From IMG/VR virus record IMGVR_UViG_2639762835_000002: a stretch of DNA of 64,000 bases, one strand, 5' to 3'. The notes under the pieces are model-generated. The model ran no database searches. It saw only the letters and a list, made by a program, of their open reading frames with translations, and was not told the origin of the DNA. The position numbers and the translations under genes are program-made. This document shows positions 27,335 to 37,234 of this stretch, one piece after another. Source of the DNA: a virus (lineage: Duplodnaviria > Caudoviricetes). How positions within the stretch are numbered: position 1 is the stretch's first letter; each line of letters begins with the position of its first letter.

Positions 27335-28003
27335 CTACTTGGCTCTATCGCGATCCTCAATAGCATCACGTGCACCTTGGGGCAACTTATCGAACATGGC
27401 CTCGATTTCATTTGGCCTAGTTATGAGTTCAGCAACTAAAAAGTTAATCATCTTGAACATCATATGTGCGATTTCTGGGGTGTCCTTTATGTTTAACTCC
27501 CCGGGATGGGCTGCGTTATTGCCAGCCACTCGACAGATATCCAATGCTCTCTGGACCTCGATAGAAACTCCTTTGGACACGAGGAACTTGATATCGTCAT
27601 TGATGTTCTTACCGGAAGCTTTGAAATGGACCATCAGCTTCTGAAGGCACAACCGTAACAGGGCCGCAGCCCCCCGAGGCGAACGTCCTACGATATCCCT
27701 CGCTTCTTCATACTCGGCTTGGCAATCCTCAGGCAAGTCATGGTGCATCGGTTCAGCCAAGCTACTATTCGGGTCAATCAAACGCTCTTGATACCAAAAT
27801 GACTGCAATTGACAATGTGCACAGCTTGATGCCTCAAACTCGGAATGTTGGTAGTAGTTGCCTAAATCGAGCATTAACGTGGTCCAACTCTGAGAGGAAT
27901 AAACCTGACATCGCGGGCAGTGATAATTTTTTCCATGGTATACCGGCGGGTAGTACTGAGATTTCATATGTCCATTCCATGTGTCGGATATGACAGTGTT
28001 CAT
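27335..28003 (-). CDS. DUF4145-domain protein with N-terminal Zn ribbon
   Basis: CPRC..CAHC; EYEEA..SPRGAAALLRLCLQKL; RVAGNNAAHPG. Confidence 0.8.
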   Translation of the reverse strand: MNTVISDTWNGHMKSQYYPPVYHGKNYHCPRCQVYSSQSWTTLMLDLGNYYQHSEFEASSCAHCQLQSFWYQERLIDPNSSLAEPMHHDLPEDCQAEYEEARDIVGRSPRGAAALLRLCLQKLMVHFKASGKNINDDIKFLVSKGVSIEVQRALDICRVAGNNAAHPGELNIKDTPEIAHMMFKMINFLVAELITRPNEIEAMFDKLPQGARDAIEDRDRAK

Positions 28004-28172
28004 CTAGGGCTTATCGCCTAGGTGTATCGTTTGGGAATTGATGGTCAGGGATAGTGGTAAGGTTGTCCACACGACACCCCATACATTTTGATCTCTCGCA
28101 CGCCGAGATCGTTAAGTTAGCGTAGATGGAGCCAAACGCCGCACGGTGATCCAATTTTGGCGTCTTGCTATA

Positions 28173-28188
28173 CTGTTCATCCATACAG
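28173..28188. promoter_or_regulatory. LexA (SOS) box upstream of umuDC
   Basis: CTGT-TCATCCAT-ACAG with TA flanks on both sides. Confidence 0.85.
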
Positions 28189-28208
28189 TATTTCTTGAGA
28201 TTTCCAGC

Positions 28209-28631
28209 ATGTTTGCTCAACCCACCCTAGATGCCCCCTTGTTGGAGCTGCCCCTGTTCCTCTCCCCGGTGGCCTGCGGCTTTCCGTCGCCGGCGCAGGA
28301 CTACACCGAGCAGACCATCGATCTCAACCAGTTGTGCGTTGCCCACCCGGCGGCCACCTACTTCGTGCGGGCGGCCGGTGACAGCATGGTCGACCACGGG
28401 ATCCGCGATGGCGACTTGCTGGTCGTCGACCGCAGCCGCAAGGCGCGCCACGGCAGCGTGGTAGTCGCCGCGGTCGATGGCGAGTTCACGGTGAAGAAGC
28501 TGCAGCTTGAGCCCACAGTCGCCTTGCTCCCTGGCAACCTGGCCTATCGCCCCATCCATTTCAACGATGGGCAGGAGCTGGAAATCTTCGGGGTGGTGGC
28601 CTTTGTCGTGCACCAGGTGGACAGCCCATGA
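28209..28631 (+). CDS. umuD: Pol V autocleaving subunit UmuD
   Basis: [22 protein letters not shown]. Confidence 0.93.
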   Translation: MFAQPTLDAPLLELPLFLSPVACGFPSPAQDYTEQTIDLNQLCVAHPAATYFVRAAGDSMVDHGIRDGDLLVVDRSRKARHGSVVVAAVDGEFTVKKLQLEPTVALLPGNLAYRPIHFNDGQELEIFGVVAFVVHQVDSP

Positions 28632-29905
28632 ACAAGCGTTGCGCCGTCGCCCTGGTCGACGTGAACAACTTCTACGCCAGTTGCGAGCGGCTGTTTCGCC
28701 CCGACTTGAAGGGGCGGCCCATCGTCGTGCTCTCCAACAACGATGGCTGCGTGGTGGCCCGTTCGGCAGAGGCCAAGGCGCTCGGCATCAAGATGGGGGT
28801 GCCTTACTTCCAGATCCGCCAGTTCTTTGAAGCCATGGGGGGCATCTGGTTCTCAAGCAACTATGCCCTCTATGGCGATATGTCGAGCCGGGTGATGACC
28901 ATTCTGGAAGGGATGGCCCCGGCGGTGGAGGTCTACAGCATCGACGAGGCCTTTATCGAGCTAAGCGAGTCCTGGGCCGGCGACCTGGTGGCCTATGGCC
29001 GCCAAGTCCGCGAGCGGGTGCTGCAGTGGACCGGGCTGGTTGTTGGGGTCGGCATTGGCCCTACCAAGACGCTCGCCAAGCTCGCCAACTATGCCGCCAA
29101 GAAGTGGCCGGCCACGGGCGGCGTGGTGGATCTGCGTGATGAAGGGCGGCGCGCCCGGCTGATGGCGATCACCCCGGTGGACGAGATATGGGGCATTGGT
29201 CGGCGGCTCACCGCCAAGCTGGAGGCGCAGGGCATCAAGACCGTGGCCGACCTGGTCGCCGCCGATCCCAAGGCACTGCGGCGCCGCTATGGCGTAGTGG
29301 TCGAGCGCACGGTGCAGGAGCTGCGGGGGATCCCCTGTGCCGAGCTGGAACAGGAGGCCCAGGCCAAGCAGCAGATCATCTGCTCGCGCTCGTTTGGGGA
29401 GCGCATCACCCAGATAGGCCCCATGCACCAGGCGCTGGCCGGTTACATGGAGCGGGCCGCCGAGAAGTTGCGTGGGGAGGGGATGTGCTGCCGTCATGTG
29501 ACCATCTTCATTCGCACCAGCCCGTTCAGCGACCGGGAGCCCTATTACGGCAACCAAGTGAGCACCAAGCTGGACTTACCCACTCATGATACCCGGGCCC
29601 TGCTGGCCCTGATCCCGGAACTCCTCCCTCGTATCTGGCGCGACGAGCAGCGTTATCAGAAAGGGGGCGTGATGTTGGCCGACTTCACCCCCGCCGATAT
29701 GCAGCAGGGAGATCTGTTCGCCGGTGAATCGCAGGCACCGCACAGCGAGGCGCTGATGCAGGTCATCGACAAGATCAACCAGAGGCGGCTGGGGAAGGTC
29801 TACTTCGCGGCCCGCGGCCGAAACACCAAGGAGTGGATGATGAAGCGGGAGCAGTTAAGCCCCCGCTATACCACCGCGCTCGGCGAGCTGCCGGTGGTGA
29901 AGTGA
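28628..29905 (+). CDS. umuC: Y-family DNA polymerase V subunit UmuC
   Basis: [31 protein letters not shown]. Confidence 0.95.
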   Translation: MNKRCAVALVDVNNFYASCERLFRPDLKGRPIVVLSNNDGCVVARSAEAKALGIKMGVPYFQIRQFFEAMGGIWFSSNYALYGDMSSRVMTILEGMAPAVEVYSIDEAFIELSESWAGDLVAYGRQVRERVLQWTGLVVGVGIGPTKTLAKLANYAAKKWPATGGVVDLRDEGRRARLMAITPVDEIWGIGRRLTAKLEAQGIKTVADLVAADPKALRRRYGVVVERTVQELRGIPCAELEQEAQAKQQIICSRSFGERITQIGPMHQALAGYMERAAEKLRGEGMCCRHVTIFIRTSPFSDREPYYGNQVSTKLDLPTHDTRALLALIPELLPRIWRDEQRYQKGGVMLADFTPADMQQGDLFAGESQAPHSEALMQVIDKINQRRLGKVYFAARGRNTKEWMMKREQLSPRYTTALGELPVVK

Positions 29906-29919
29906 TGATTACGGAGGGG

Positions 29920-30258
29920 TCAGTACATCCGCTCGATCTGTTTGCCAAAGCTCACCATCATCCACCCCATCACGAAAACGCTGGCCCATGTGACGAACCC
30001 AATGAACGATTCTGGGATCATGGCTTGGATGATGGGCCACTGGTCAAACAACCCGGGTGGAGCGGGGAGTGTCGCTTTGCCATTAGTAATCGTCTGCAAC
30101 ATGCTATTGGTGTGCTCGATATGACGTTCATAACGGAGTGCTCTGCCGCCAAGAGCCAGTGCAGCCAAAGAGAGCATCATCAGCAGGCCACCAAAGAATT
30201 TCATCACTCCAGGTTCCATGATCAGTGAAGCAAGAAGGTCTTGCAGGCGTTCCAGCAT
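29920..30258 (-). CDS. Small two-TM membrane protein
   Basis: Two hydrophobic segments; RBS GGGAGA upstream. Confidence 0.55.
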   Translation of the reverse strand: MLERLQDLLASLIMEPGVMKFFGGLLMMLSLAALALGGRALRYERHIEHTNSMLQTITNGKATLPAPPGLFDQWPIIQAMIPESFIGFVTWASVFVMGWMMVSFGKQIERMY

Positions 30259-30267
30259 GAGGTCTCC

Positions 30268-30675
30268 CTACTTCAAGATGTAACGGCCCAACGTTGATGA
30301 GACAGTCTTCTCGTATGGCCCCACCGGGATAGAAGCCCACCATGTTTCAAATGACGGGGCACCGTTCAATGCATGAGGTGCTTGTTGACTGACCACATCG
30401 TAAATGTCTCTGAAAGTGCTTTTGCTCACAGTCGTTTGTATTGGGACAAGCCAAACGTCGTAGCTGTCAGGACGCTCTTTCGCGACCAAGTCCGGTGTGG
30501 TGAAAATGCTGCCGCACTGTTCTGCCGTTTCAACTTTGTAAAATGGGGACTTTCCGAAAGCGCTTAAACATACGCCAAAGTCTTGCTGGTCCAGGCGCTC
30601 TGGCAGAAGTGTGAAGAGCAAAAGACCGGCGAGCGGCAGGAAGTAACACGAATGATAGATAAGGCGAAGCATCAA
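30268..30675 (-). CDS. Hypothetical exported or membrane-anchored protein
   Basis: N-terminal hydrophobic helix; RBS GAGG; closely spaced with the next ORF. Confidence 0.55.
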   Translation of the reverse strand: MMLRLIYHSCYFLPLAGLLLFTLLPERLDQQDFGVCLSAFGKSPFYKVETAEQCGSIFTTPDLVAKERPDSYDVWLVPIQTTVSKSTFRDIYDVVSQQAPHALNGAPSFETWWASIPVGPYEKTVSSTLGRYILK

Positions 30676-30779
30676 GAAACCTCATATCGGCAGACAAAGA
30701 TACAAACATGATATTCGGCCATAGAACCCATGCTTTCGCTATCCCCTAAACGGTTATGTGGCCGAGCCCGGTAGTAATT

Positions 30780-31118
30780 TCACCACCACTTATCTTCGTC
30801 CACTTTTTGCCAGATGGCGCGTTTGAACTCTGTATCGCTCAGATTACCTTGGCGAATCGGGGGGTCATCAATCCAGCGAGTCAAAGCACTGAACTCATCA
30901 TGGGCAACCGCTGGGGAGTGATGGGTATCCGGTGAGGTCTGGTGATGTCGTCTTTGGAGTAGGCCAGACGCATAGCTACGCTCACCAGGTGTGAGCATGT
31001 TAAGCCAGTCATCAATTTCATGTTGAGGCCATTGCCGCTCGAGGATGATCCTGCAGCGGTTCTCGATGGCTTCGCTGCCGTGCACCTGGGGCGTGTAGGT
31101 AGTTTGCTTATTGCTCAT
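30780..31118 (-). CDS. Hypothetical protein downstream of gene A
   Basis: ORF overlaps the end of A. Confidence 0.55.
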   Translation of the reverse strand: MSNKQTTYTPQVHGSEAIENRCRIILERQWPQHEIDDWLNMLTPGERSYASGLLQRRHHQTSPDTHHSPAVAHDEFSALTRWIDDPPIRQGNLSDTEFKRAIWQKVDEDKWW

Positions 31119-33501
31119 CTGCTCTTTCCTCAATCGCTAGTGCTTTGATGTGTGGCTTCATACTGGGCAGGAACTCCCGTACCTCTTCGGGTAATGGGGG
31201 AGTGATGGCGGCATCCGTCACCCAATCGATAGACTTGTGCAGTTCGTTAAAGGCAATCTCGAAGTCAGCATCCGACAAATCGTTCCCAAACGCCAGACTC
31301 CCTCGAGTCAGGGCAGCGCTGCGCACTCGCATTCTCAGCTGTTCCTGGCGTAAAGCCTCTGCATCGGCAAAGGCTTTTTCAACCTCAGCCTCCACTGGTG
31401 TCAGCATTTCCTTGCTGCAGTGTCCCGGCGCACTGGTTGCCCCTGGCCAGTTGCGGCTCACAATCAGCCGATCGCCGACCAGGCGTACATACTGACCTCC
31501 GGCGTTGATGATGCTGCCGTGCTGCAACAGTGCGGCGTTGCTTTCATCAAGACCCATTCGGTTCAATTCCTTAGCCAGAGCGGATCCTTGAACCCCCGAT
31601 TTGGATCCTTTCGTACAGTTATTGACAGAACTCCAAGGGGCGCAGCTGCCGCTGCTCAAGGGCAACTCGCTGCGCTCGCCTACGGCATGCTCGCGCTGCT
31701 CGCCCAAACCCGGCACTGCCCCCCCCTTGCGCACTATTTGCCAGCCTTCGGTACGGGTGACGGCCGTGGTCATGCCGATGTCGGTGATCAGCCCCAGCAG
31801 CTTGAGAACGTCTTCGCCGTATTTGTTGGCGGCTTCGTCCAGCCGCTTGGAGAGGCGGATCAGGTGTTCTTTACGGGGAGCATCGATGCCCCCCATGGCC
31901 TTGATGAAGTCGCCCCAGCGGTTGTGGTCAGCAGCGTGGCGGGCGGCTTCCAGCACGCAGTCCCACTCGATCACCTCGTCACCCAAGCGGCGCAGCTCGC
32001 GCCACACGCTCACGGCAGGGCCGCCGATCTGCTGGAACTGGCGGATGCGCCAGCAGCTGGCCCAGGCGGCCACGGCGATAGTGGTGTGGTCAATGGGGGC
32101 TTCGGCCTCGTAGTCCATCCCCACCTTGTGGCCGTCGATATTCTTGGCGATGTACTTGGCGATATAGCCAGTTGCGCTCCCCTCACTCTCGTCGATGAAC
32201 TTCCAGTTCACCCTTGGGTTGATGGCCTTGACGACAGCCTTGTCGTTCACATCCAGCAGCCACTTGATGCGAGGCATCTTGTTACGGGTTGTCATCTTGG
32301 CTAGGTGGTCGAGCTGGCCGCCGTTTGGCATCTTCAGTTCGCTACGATCGGTATCGGTGAAGTGATAGGTGAGCAGGGTCAGGAAGTCGCGCTGATGCTC
32401 TGGGTTGATGAACAGCAGGCAATGCCAGTGAGGGGTACCGTCGTGGTGTGGCTCCACCACCCGAAATCCGAAAGCCATGATCCCCTCGCGTGCCAGCGCG
32501 GCCCGAAAGCGGGCCCACTGTTTGCACAGCAGGCGGTTGGTGATGGTTGGGGTGCTACCGTTGAACCCCTCATTCTGATAGGTCTTTGAGCTGTCTTTGC
32601 TGCCCTGGCGCCAGGCGTGATAGCTGGAGGGAGCAGTCAGGGTCAGAAACAGGCCCAGTTTGCCCTGTTCCTGCGCCATATCCTCAAAGCCCCGCATGCG
32701 CACCATCAGCTCATGACGGCGGATCTCGGGGTTGGCCACGGATGCCATGATTGCGTCAGCCAGATCGATCTCTTGCCCCAGCTCCTCGTTGACGGCGCTC
32801 ATGCCCTCCATCCATGCCCGCTGGGCCGCCTTGCGCTGGGTGAACTCTCGCACCGCGTGGGAGCTGGCGTAGGGGCTGACCCCCTTGCGCACCTGCCCGG
32901 TGAGGATGGCGATCAGCTCGCAGTAAACTGCCCAGGCGCGGTTGATTTTGCGCCGCCACCAGGACTCATCAAGCAGGCGTATCAGCAGACTGGCGGCGGC
33001 CCCTTCGAACTGTTCCACCTCGCCGGCCAAGTCGTCTCGTTCTTTCTGGTTCAATGGGCGGCACAGCAAGCGCTCGACCTTGGTGCGGGGGTGGACCGGC
33101 AGGGAGGGGCAGAAATGCCACGCTTTCGCCTGTGAGCCCAGATCGGTCAGCAGCTCGGCGGCGGTGCGCTCGTTGCCCGCCGTTGTCATTAACTGTTGGC
33201 AGCGGCGGGCCCACTCGGCGGCGACCAGTTCGCGGCGCACATCGTTGCGCAGGTCGACAACCGGGATCGGGAAGCGGGCCGCTGCAGCGGCGCACACTTC
33301 AACGATACGGCGCAACCAGACATTGGCGGTCTTGGGGTTAGCGGGATAGCGGTGCAGGTAGGTTCTGGCCAGCGGCTTGGCAACGTGCCATTCGACACGG
33401 GCTAACTGCTCGGCAGCGCCTGACATGTTGATGGCATGGTGGCCCACCAGGTAGTGCTGAGGCAGCTGGATGCCCTGCAGGTTGGTGATTGCGTCATTCA
33501 T
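31108..33501 (-). CDS. gpA: Rolling-circle replication endonuclease A
   Basis: FLTLTAPSSYH, VVEPHHDGTPHWH (HUH), GYIAKYIAKNIDG, IRQFQQIGG. Confidence 0.95.
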   Translation of the reverse strand: MNDAITNLQGIQLPQHYLVGHHAINMSGAAEQLARVEWHVAKPLARTYLHRYPANPKTANVWLRRIVEVCAAAAARFPIPVVDLRNDVRRELVAAEWARRCQQLMTTAGNERTAAELLTDLGSQAKAWHFCPSLPVHPRTKVERLLCRPLNQKERDDLAGEVEQFEGAAASLLIRLLDESWWRRKINRAWAVYCELIAILTGQVRKGVSPYASSHAVREFTQRKAAQRAWMEGMSAVNEELGQEIDLADAIMASVANPEIRRHELMVRMRGFEDMAQEQGKLGLFLTLTAPSSYHAWRQGSKDSSKTYQNEGFNGSTPTITNRLLCKQWARFRAALAREGIMAFGFRVVEPHHDGTPHWHCLLFINPEHQRDFLTLLTYHFTDTDRSELKMPNGGQLDHLAKMTTRNKMPRIKWLLDVNDKAVVKAINPRVNWKFIDESEGSATGYIAKYIAKNIDGHKVGMDYEAEAPIDHTTIAVAAWASCWRIRQFQQIGGPAVSVWRELRRLGDEVIEWDCVLEAARHAADHNRWGDFIKAMGGIDAPRKEHLIRLSKRLDEAANKYGEDVLKLLGLITDIGMTTAVTRTEGWQIVRKGGAVPGLGEQREHAVGERSELPLSSGSCAPWSSVNNCTKGSKSGVQGSALAKELNRMGLDESNAALLQHGSIINAGGQYVRLVGDRLIVSRNWPGATSAPGHCSKEMLTPVEAEVEKAFADAEALRQEQLRMRVRSAALTRGSLAFGNDLSDADFEIAFNELHKSIDWVTDAAITPPLPEEVREFLPSMKPHIKALAIEERADEQ

Positions 33502-35078
33502 GCAGCCACCTCCTGCGCATCTGCGCACATCTCTGGCAGGTTGGCGCGCACCAAGGCGGCAGCCAGTGGCGGGCACACGGCATTACCACAGCGGGCAACC
33601 TGCGCGGTCTTGGTGAACTTCTTGCCGTTGGCATCGTGGGCGATCACGTAGTCAGCAGGGAAACCCTGAGCCGCAAACAACTCATGGGGCTCCAGCATCC
33701 GCATCCCGATATCGACGATCTGGTAATCCTCGCCGCGCACGGTCACCAGGCCGAACCGGTGTTTGGTGGTGACAGTTTGCAGTGGCTCATCAGCGGCATG
33801 GCCGATATTGGTGCCGTAATACTTGAGCAGGAAGGCCCGCACCTCGCCGATATGCAGCCCGCCAGCGGTGACGGTGGGCATGGGCTCGGTCACCGGCTGG
33901 CCGTGCTGGCAGGTGCCGCGTAGCTTAATCAGGTGGCTGGTGACCAGCGCGTTGTGGTCAACGGTGGTCACGGTCGGCAGCGGCTGGGTCAGCTCTGCCC
34001 CCACGACGCCGGTGTAGTGCTTGGCCAGGAACGCGGTCACCAGCTGGCTCTTATCGGCCTTGGCCATCACCGTCCCCAGCGGGTCTTCCACCGATTGACC
34101 AACCGAGTTACCGAACTGCCGGGCGATTACTGGCGCTACTAGAGCGAAGTGACCACCCTTCACCTCTGCGCAGATGGTACGCAGAAGCTCATCAGCTGGC
34201 ATATTGCGCTGATGGCTGGCGTTGGCATGTTCAGTGATGAAGGGGGCAAGTGCTGAGTTCCGGCCAATTGGCACGATGAATGGTTCGGCAGCATTGATGA
34301 CGAACCTCTCCAGCCCCTTGGCAATCCGGCGCAATGTGTTCTCAGCCAGTGGCCGCTTGCGCTCGAATATCGAGGGGCACGGGATCGACCAGTCGATGAT
34401 GTCAGCAGCAGTAGGCCACGGCAGCAGCTTGCCCGCCTTCACTTCGATACTGCCGGGGGCGCAGTGGGTCGGCTTGGGCCACACGATGGCGGCGCCATCC
34501 CGGCGGGCGATCAGAAACAGGCGCTTGCGGATGGTCGGGGTTCCGTAGTCACAGGCGCGCAGCTCGCGCCATTCCACCTTGTAACCTTGGCGGCGCAGGG
34601 CATTGATGAAGCTGTTGAAGGTGCGGCCCTTCTTGGCCGGGTCTGGGCGGGAGTTGCCATCATTGTCGATCAGCAAAGGCCCCCAGGTCTGAAACTCCTC
34701 GACGTTCTCCAGCATGATCACCCGGGGGCGAATCTGGGCAGCCCAGCGCAGGGCAACCCATGCCAAGCCCCGGATCTTCTTGCTGACCGGGGTTGAACCC
34801 TTGGCCTTGGAGAAGTGCTTGCAGTCAGGCGACAGCCAGACCAGCCCGACAGGGCGACCAGCTACCACGTCACGCGGCACGATGTCCCACACCGATTCGC
34901 AATAGTGCTCAGTGCTGGGGTGGTTGACGGTGTGCATGGCGATCGCATCCGGGTCGTGGTTGATGGCGATTTCAGGGCTACGGCCCAGCGCCATTTCGAT
35001 CCCGGTAGAGGCCCCGCCGCCGCCGGCAAAGTTGTCGACCACGATCTCGTTGAAGAGGTTGAAGTTATGCTCTTTCAT
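33498..35078 (-). CDS. DNA cytosine-5 methyltransferase
   Basis: FAGGGG, SPDCKHFS, ENVEEF, RKRLF, GNAV motifs. Confidence 0.9.
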   Translation of the reverse strand: MKEHNFNLFNEIVVDNFAGGGGASTGIEMALGRSPEIAINHDPDAIAMHTVNHPSTEHYCESVWDIVPRDVVAGRPVGLVWLSPDCKHFSKAKGSTPVSKKIRGLAWVALRWAAQIRPRVIMLENVEEFQTWGPLLIDNDGNSRPDPAKKGRTFNSFINALRRQGYKVEWRELRACDYGTPTIRKRLFLIARRDGAAIVWPKPTHCAPGSIEVKAGKLLPWPTAADIIDWSIPCPSIFERKRPLAENTLRRIAKGLERFVINAAEPFIVPIGRNSALAPFITEHANASHQRNMPADELLRTICAEVKGGHFALVAPVIARQFGNSVGQSVEDPLGTVMAKADKSQLVTAFLAKHYTGVVGAELTQPLPTVTTVDHNALVTSHLIKLRGTCQHGQPVTEPMPTVTAGGLHIGEVRAFLLKYYGTNIGHAADEPLQTVTTKHRFGLVTVRGEDYQIVDIGMRMLEPHELFAAQGFPADYVIAHDANGKKFTKTAQVARCGNAVCPPLAAALVRANLPEMCADAQEVAA

Positions 35079-35512
35079 TTGCACACCCCGCATTTGCCAA
35101 CTGTGTATTCGTTCGGTTGCAGGTAGCGGCCGCACTGGGTGCAGGTCGGTACCATGTCGAGGGTTGCCAGACGATCAGACCAGCAGGTGGTCTCGCAGAA
35201 AAACAGACTGGTCATGCGGCCGCCGGACAGGATGACTGGGCGTACATGGCTGAACTCGCCGCAGCAACTGCAGAGCATCGAGGGACGAGCAGCAGGGTCA
35301 GCCTTCACCAGGGTTTCACTGGCAGCGCGGGCCAGCGGCCAGCAGCGCTCGACGCAATAGGGATAAGATCGACGACCGTGGCGGCCAGCTACCGGCATGC
35401 ACACGGCGGGCTGTTTGCACTTGGTGCAGGGCTCCAGCGTGACGGGATTGCTGTTTGCAGGGCGCACGAAGCCCAAAGCCGGGGCAAGCCCGGCTGGTAT
35501 TGGATGGGTCAT
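35075..35512 (-). CDS. Cys-rich putative zinc-binding protein
   Basis: Repeated CxxC and CxxxC clusters (CTKC, CVERC, CSCC, CETTC, CTQC, CGVC). Confidence 0.55.
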   Translation of the reverse strand: MTHPIPAGLAPALGFVRPANSNPVTLEPCTKCKQPAVCMPVAGRHGRRSYPYCVERCWPLARAASETLVKADPAARPSMLCSCCGEFSHVRPVILSGGRMTSLFFCETTCWSDRLATLDMVPTCTQCGRYLQPNEYTVGKCGVCK

Positions 35513-35733
35513 TAGATGGCGCCTCCGGCATAGAGGGACTGGATTTTGCGTGATGCCTGGCGGGCTGCGAGGCGGGTTTGACGGCACAGGGTCAGATGGG
35601 TTCTGGCCGGAGTGCGCTGGCCGTGGGGGCCATCTTTGCGCAGGTCCAGCAGGTCGAGCTGCAGGCCGTGCAGGCTGGCCTCGGCGGACAGCATGTTGGT
35701 GACCCATTGGTCGATGACTTGTTGGTGGCTCAT
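35512..35733 (-). CDS. Small early hypothetical protein
   Basis: Translationally coupled ORF in the early operon. Confidence 0.55.
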   Translation of the reverse strand: MSHQQVIDQWVTNMLSAEASLHGLQLDLLDLRKDGPHGQRTPARTHLTLCRQTRLAARQASRKIQSLYAGGAI

Positions 35734-36047
35734 TTGATGGTCTCCCCCAGGCCGTGTAGCGGTTCGCAGTCTGCCCACCACTCAGCGATCTCATTTGCCA
35801 GTGCCAGCTCGACGTTGGCGGTGGCCAGCCAGTACACGGCGCGGATGGCGCCCAGTGCCAGCAGCTCCTTGGTCACGTTGCGGTTGCGCTTGGCATCGCT
35901 GCCCGAGCTGGCGAACTCATCGACGGCAGCCTCCCAGTGTTTGGTCAGCTGGCTGACCGGTGCCGGTGGCTGCATATGGGCAGGGCCCGCCTCGGTGGTG
36001 CCCAGTGCGTCTTGTGGGGCTTCGAGTTCAAACAGGTCGACAGTCAT
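35730..36047 (-). CDS. Early hypothetical protein
   Basis: ATGA-coupled ORF. Confidence 0.6.
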   Translation of the reverse strand: MTVDLFELEAPQDALGTTEAGPAHMQPPAPVSQLTKHWEAAVDEFASSGSDAKRNRNVTKELLALGAIRAVYWLATANVELALANEIAEWWADCEPLHGLGETIK

Positions 36048-36229
36048 ACCCGTTCCCCTTTGGTGTTTAGGCATAACCAAAGTGAGCGCCAGGCATGGGC
36101 ATTGACGGCATTAACCTGTGCTGCTTTATCGTCGGGTCGTTTAATGTGACGGCGACCAGCGGTGTGGGCCAGCAGGCTGTTGAGCGCCTTCACATTGCGT
36201 AGTGCGGTGGGAATCGCTACAGTTCGCAT
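36044..36229 (-). CDS. Small early hypothetical protein
   Basis: RBS GAGGT upstream; coupled to the next ORF. Confidence 0.55.
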   Translation of the reverse strand: MRTVAIPTALRNVKALNSLLAHTAGRRHIKRPDDKAAQVNAVNAHAWRSLWLCLNTKGERV

Positions 36230-36291
36230 ATCAGTTACCTCAGTTGCTGATGGAAACCCCGCTGGTGTTGGCGCACCAATAGCGGGGTTTT

Positions 36292-36735
36292 TTATTGCCC
36301 GTTTCCGGGCACCTTTCTCATTACCGCGATGCGGCTTTCCAATATGCCGGCCTGCTCGTTGAGCTCGGCCCGGCGCTTGTTCTCGTGCTCTACCTGTTCC
36401 CGCTCGCTGCGGGCTGGCCCCTCAATGCGGCGGGTGGAGCGGTGCCACTCACGGCGGTGCAGCACGCCCCCATCGAATTCGTGCAACGTGGTCAGCAGTT
36501 CGCCCAGGGCGAGGCGGATCGCCTCCTGCTGGTCAAAGTCGAACTGGTCCAGCTCCTGCCCGGCGACGGTGGTTGATAGCCCGGCCGCATAACAGATGAC
36601 TGCCCGGGACTTGGCCGGCAGGCGTGACCAACGGCTGGCCGCCCCATTGCGGCCAAACTGGGCGCGCATGTCTGCCAGTGCCACGTCGGCGGCGCAGGGT
36701 TGCTGAACGAGCTCGAAAATCTGTGCTGTGTTCAT
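36292..36735 (-). CDS. Early hypothetical protein
   Basis: RBS GGAGG; 147-aa ORF. Confidence 0.6.
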   Translation of the reverse strand: MNTAQIFELVQQPCAADVALADMRAQFGRNGAASRWSRLPAKSRAVICYAAGLSTTVAGQELDQFDFDQQEAIRLALGELLTTLHEFDGGVLHRREWHRSTRRIEGPARSEREQVEHENKRRAELNEQAGILESRIAVMRKVPGNGQ

Positions 36736-36750
36736 GGGGTGGCCCTCCGG

Positions 36751-36969
36751 TTATGCCTGCAGCAGCTGGGTCAGCCAGTGCGGGCTGGGTTGTTGGCGTG
36801 GCTGGAAGCGCAGGGCACCACGGCGGCCCTGGCTGTCTTCCAGATAACTGCCATCAAAGCGGGTGGTGTTGCGCATGACCGGCTCGGCCTGCTCGCCCAC
36901 GACCACGGCGCGGTTAAACAGCAGGGTGGGCAGCGGGATCAGACCCGACTGCTCGGCGCGAAGCTTCAT
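36751..36969 (-). CDS. Small early hypothetical protein
   Basis: ATGA-coupled to the ogr-like gene. Confidence 0.55.
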   Translation of the reverse strand: MKLRAEQSGLIPLPTLLFNRAVVVGEQAEPVMRNTTRFDGSYLEDSQGRRGALRFQPRQQPSPHWLTQLLQA

Positions 36970-37223
36970 GCTGGCTCCTTGAGCTGGACGCTCTTTGACA
37001 TGTGGGTGCCGTTCTTTCCCACGCCCTTGCAGGTCGGCAGCACGATGGCCGGATTTGGCATGGCTGATGGGCTGATAGTGCCGACAATCTCAAACGCGGC
37101 CTTGAAGGTATGCCCGCAGTCGACATTGCTGCAGGCGTAAAAGGCATGGCCTGTCAGCACGCTCATGCGGGTGGAAGTACGGGTGCTGGCACGGGCGCCG
37201 CAGTGGGGGCAAATCAATCTCAT
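36966..37223 (-). CDS. ogr: Ogr/Delta-like zinc-finger late activator
   Basis: CPHCG..RTS..Y.C.N..CGHTF..TISPS. Confidence 0.88.
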   Translation of the reverse strand: MRLICPHCGARASTRTSTRMSVLTGHAFYACSNVDCGHTFKAAFEIVGTISPSAMPNPAIVLPTCKGVGKNGTHMSKSVQLKEPA

Positions 37224-37234
37224 GGTCTGGTCTC

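Noticed and set aside
28011-28220. Small ORF divergent from umuD as an SOS-associated peptidase remnant; TGTCCACA near 28064 as an arm site
   Set aside because: No convincing protein motif, and a single isolated 8-mer is expected by chance
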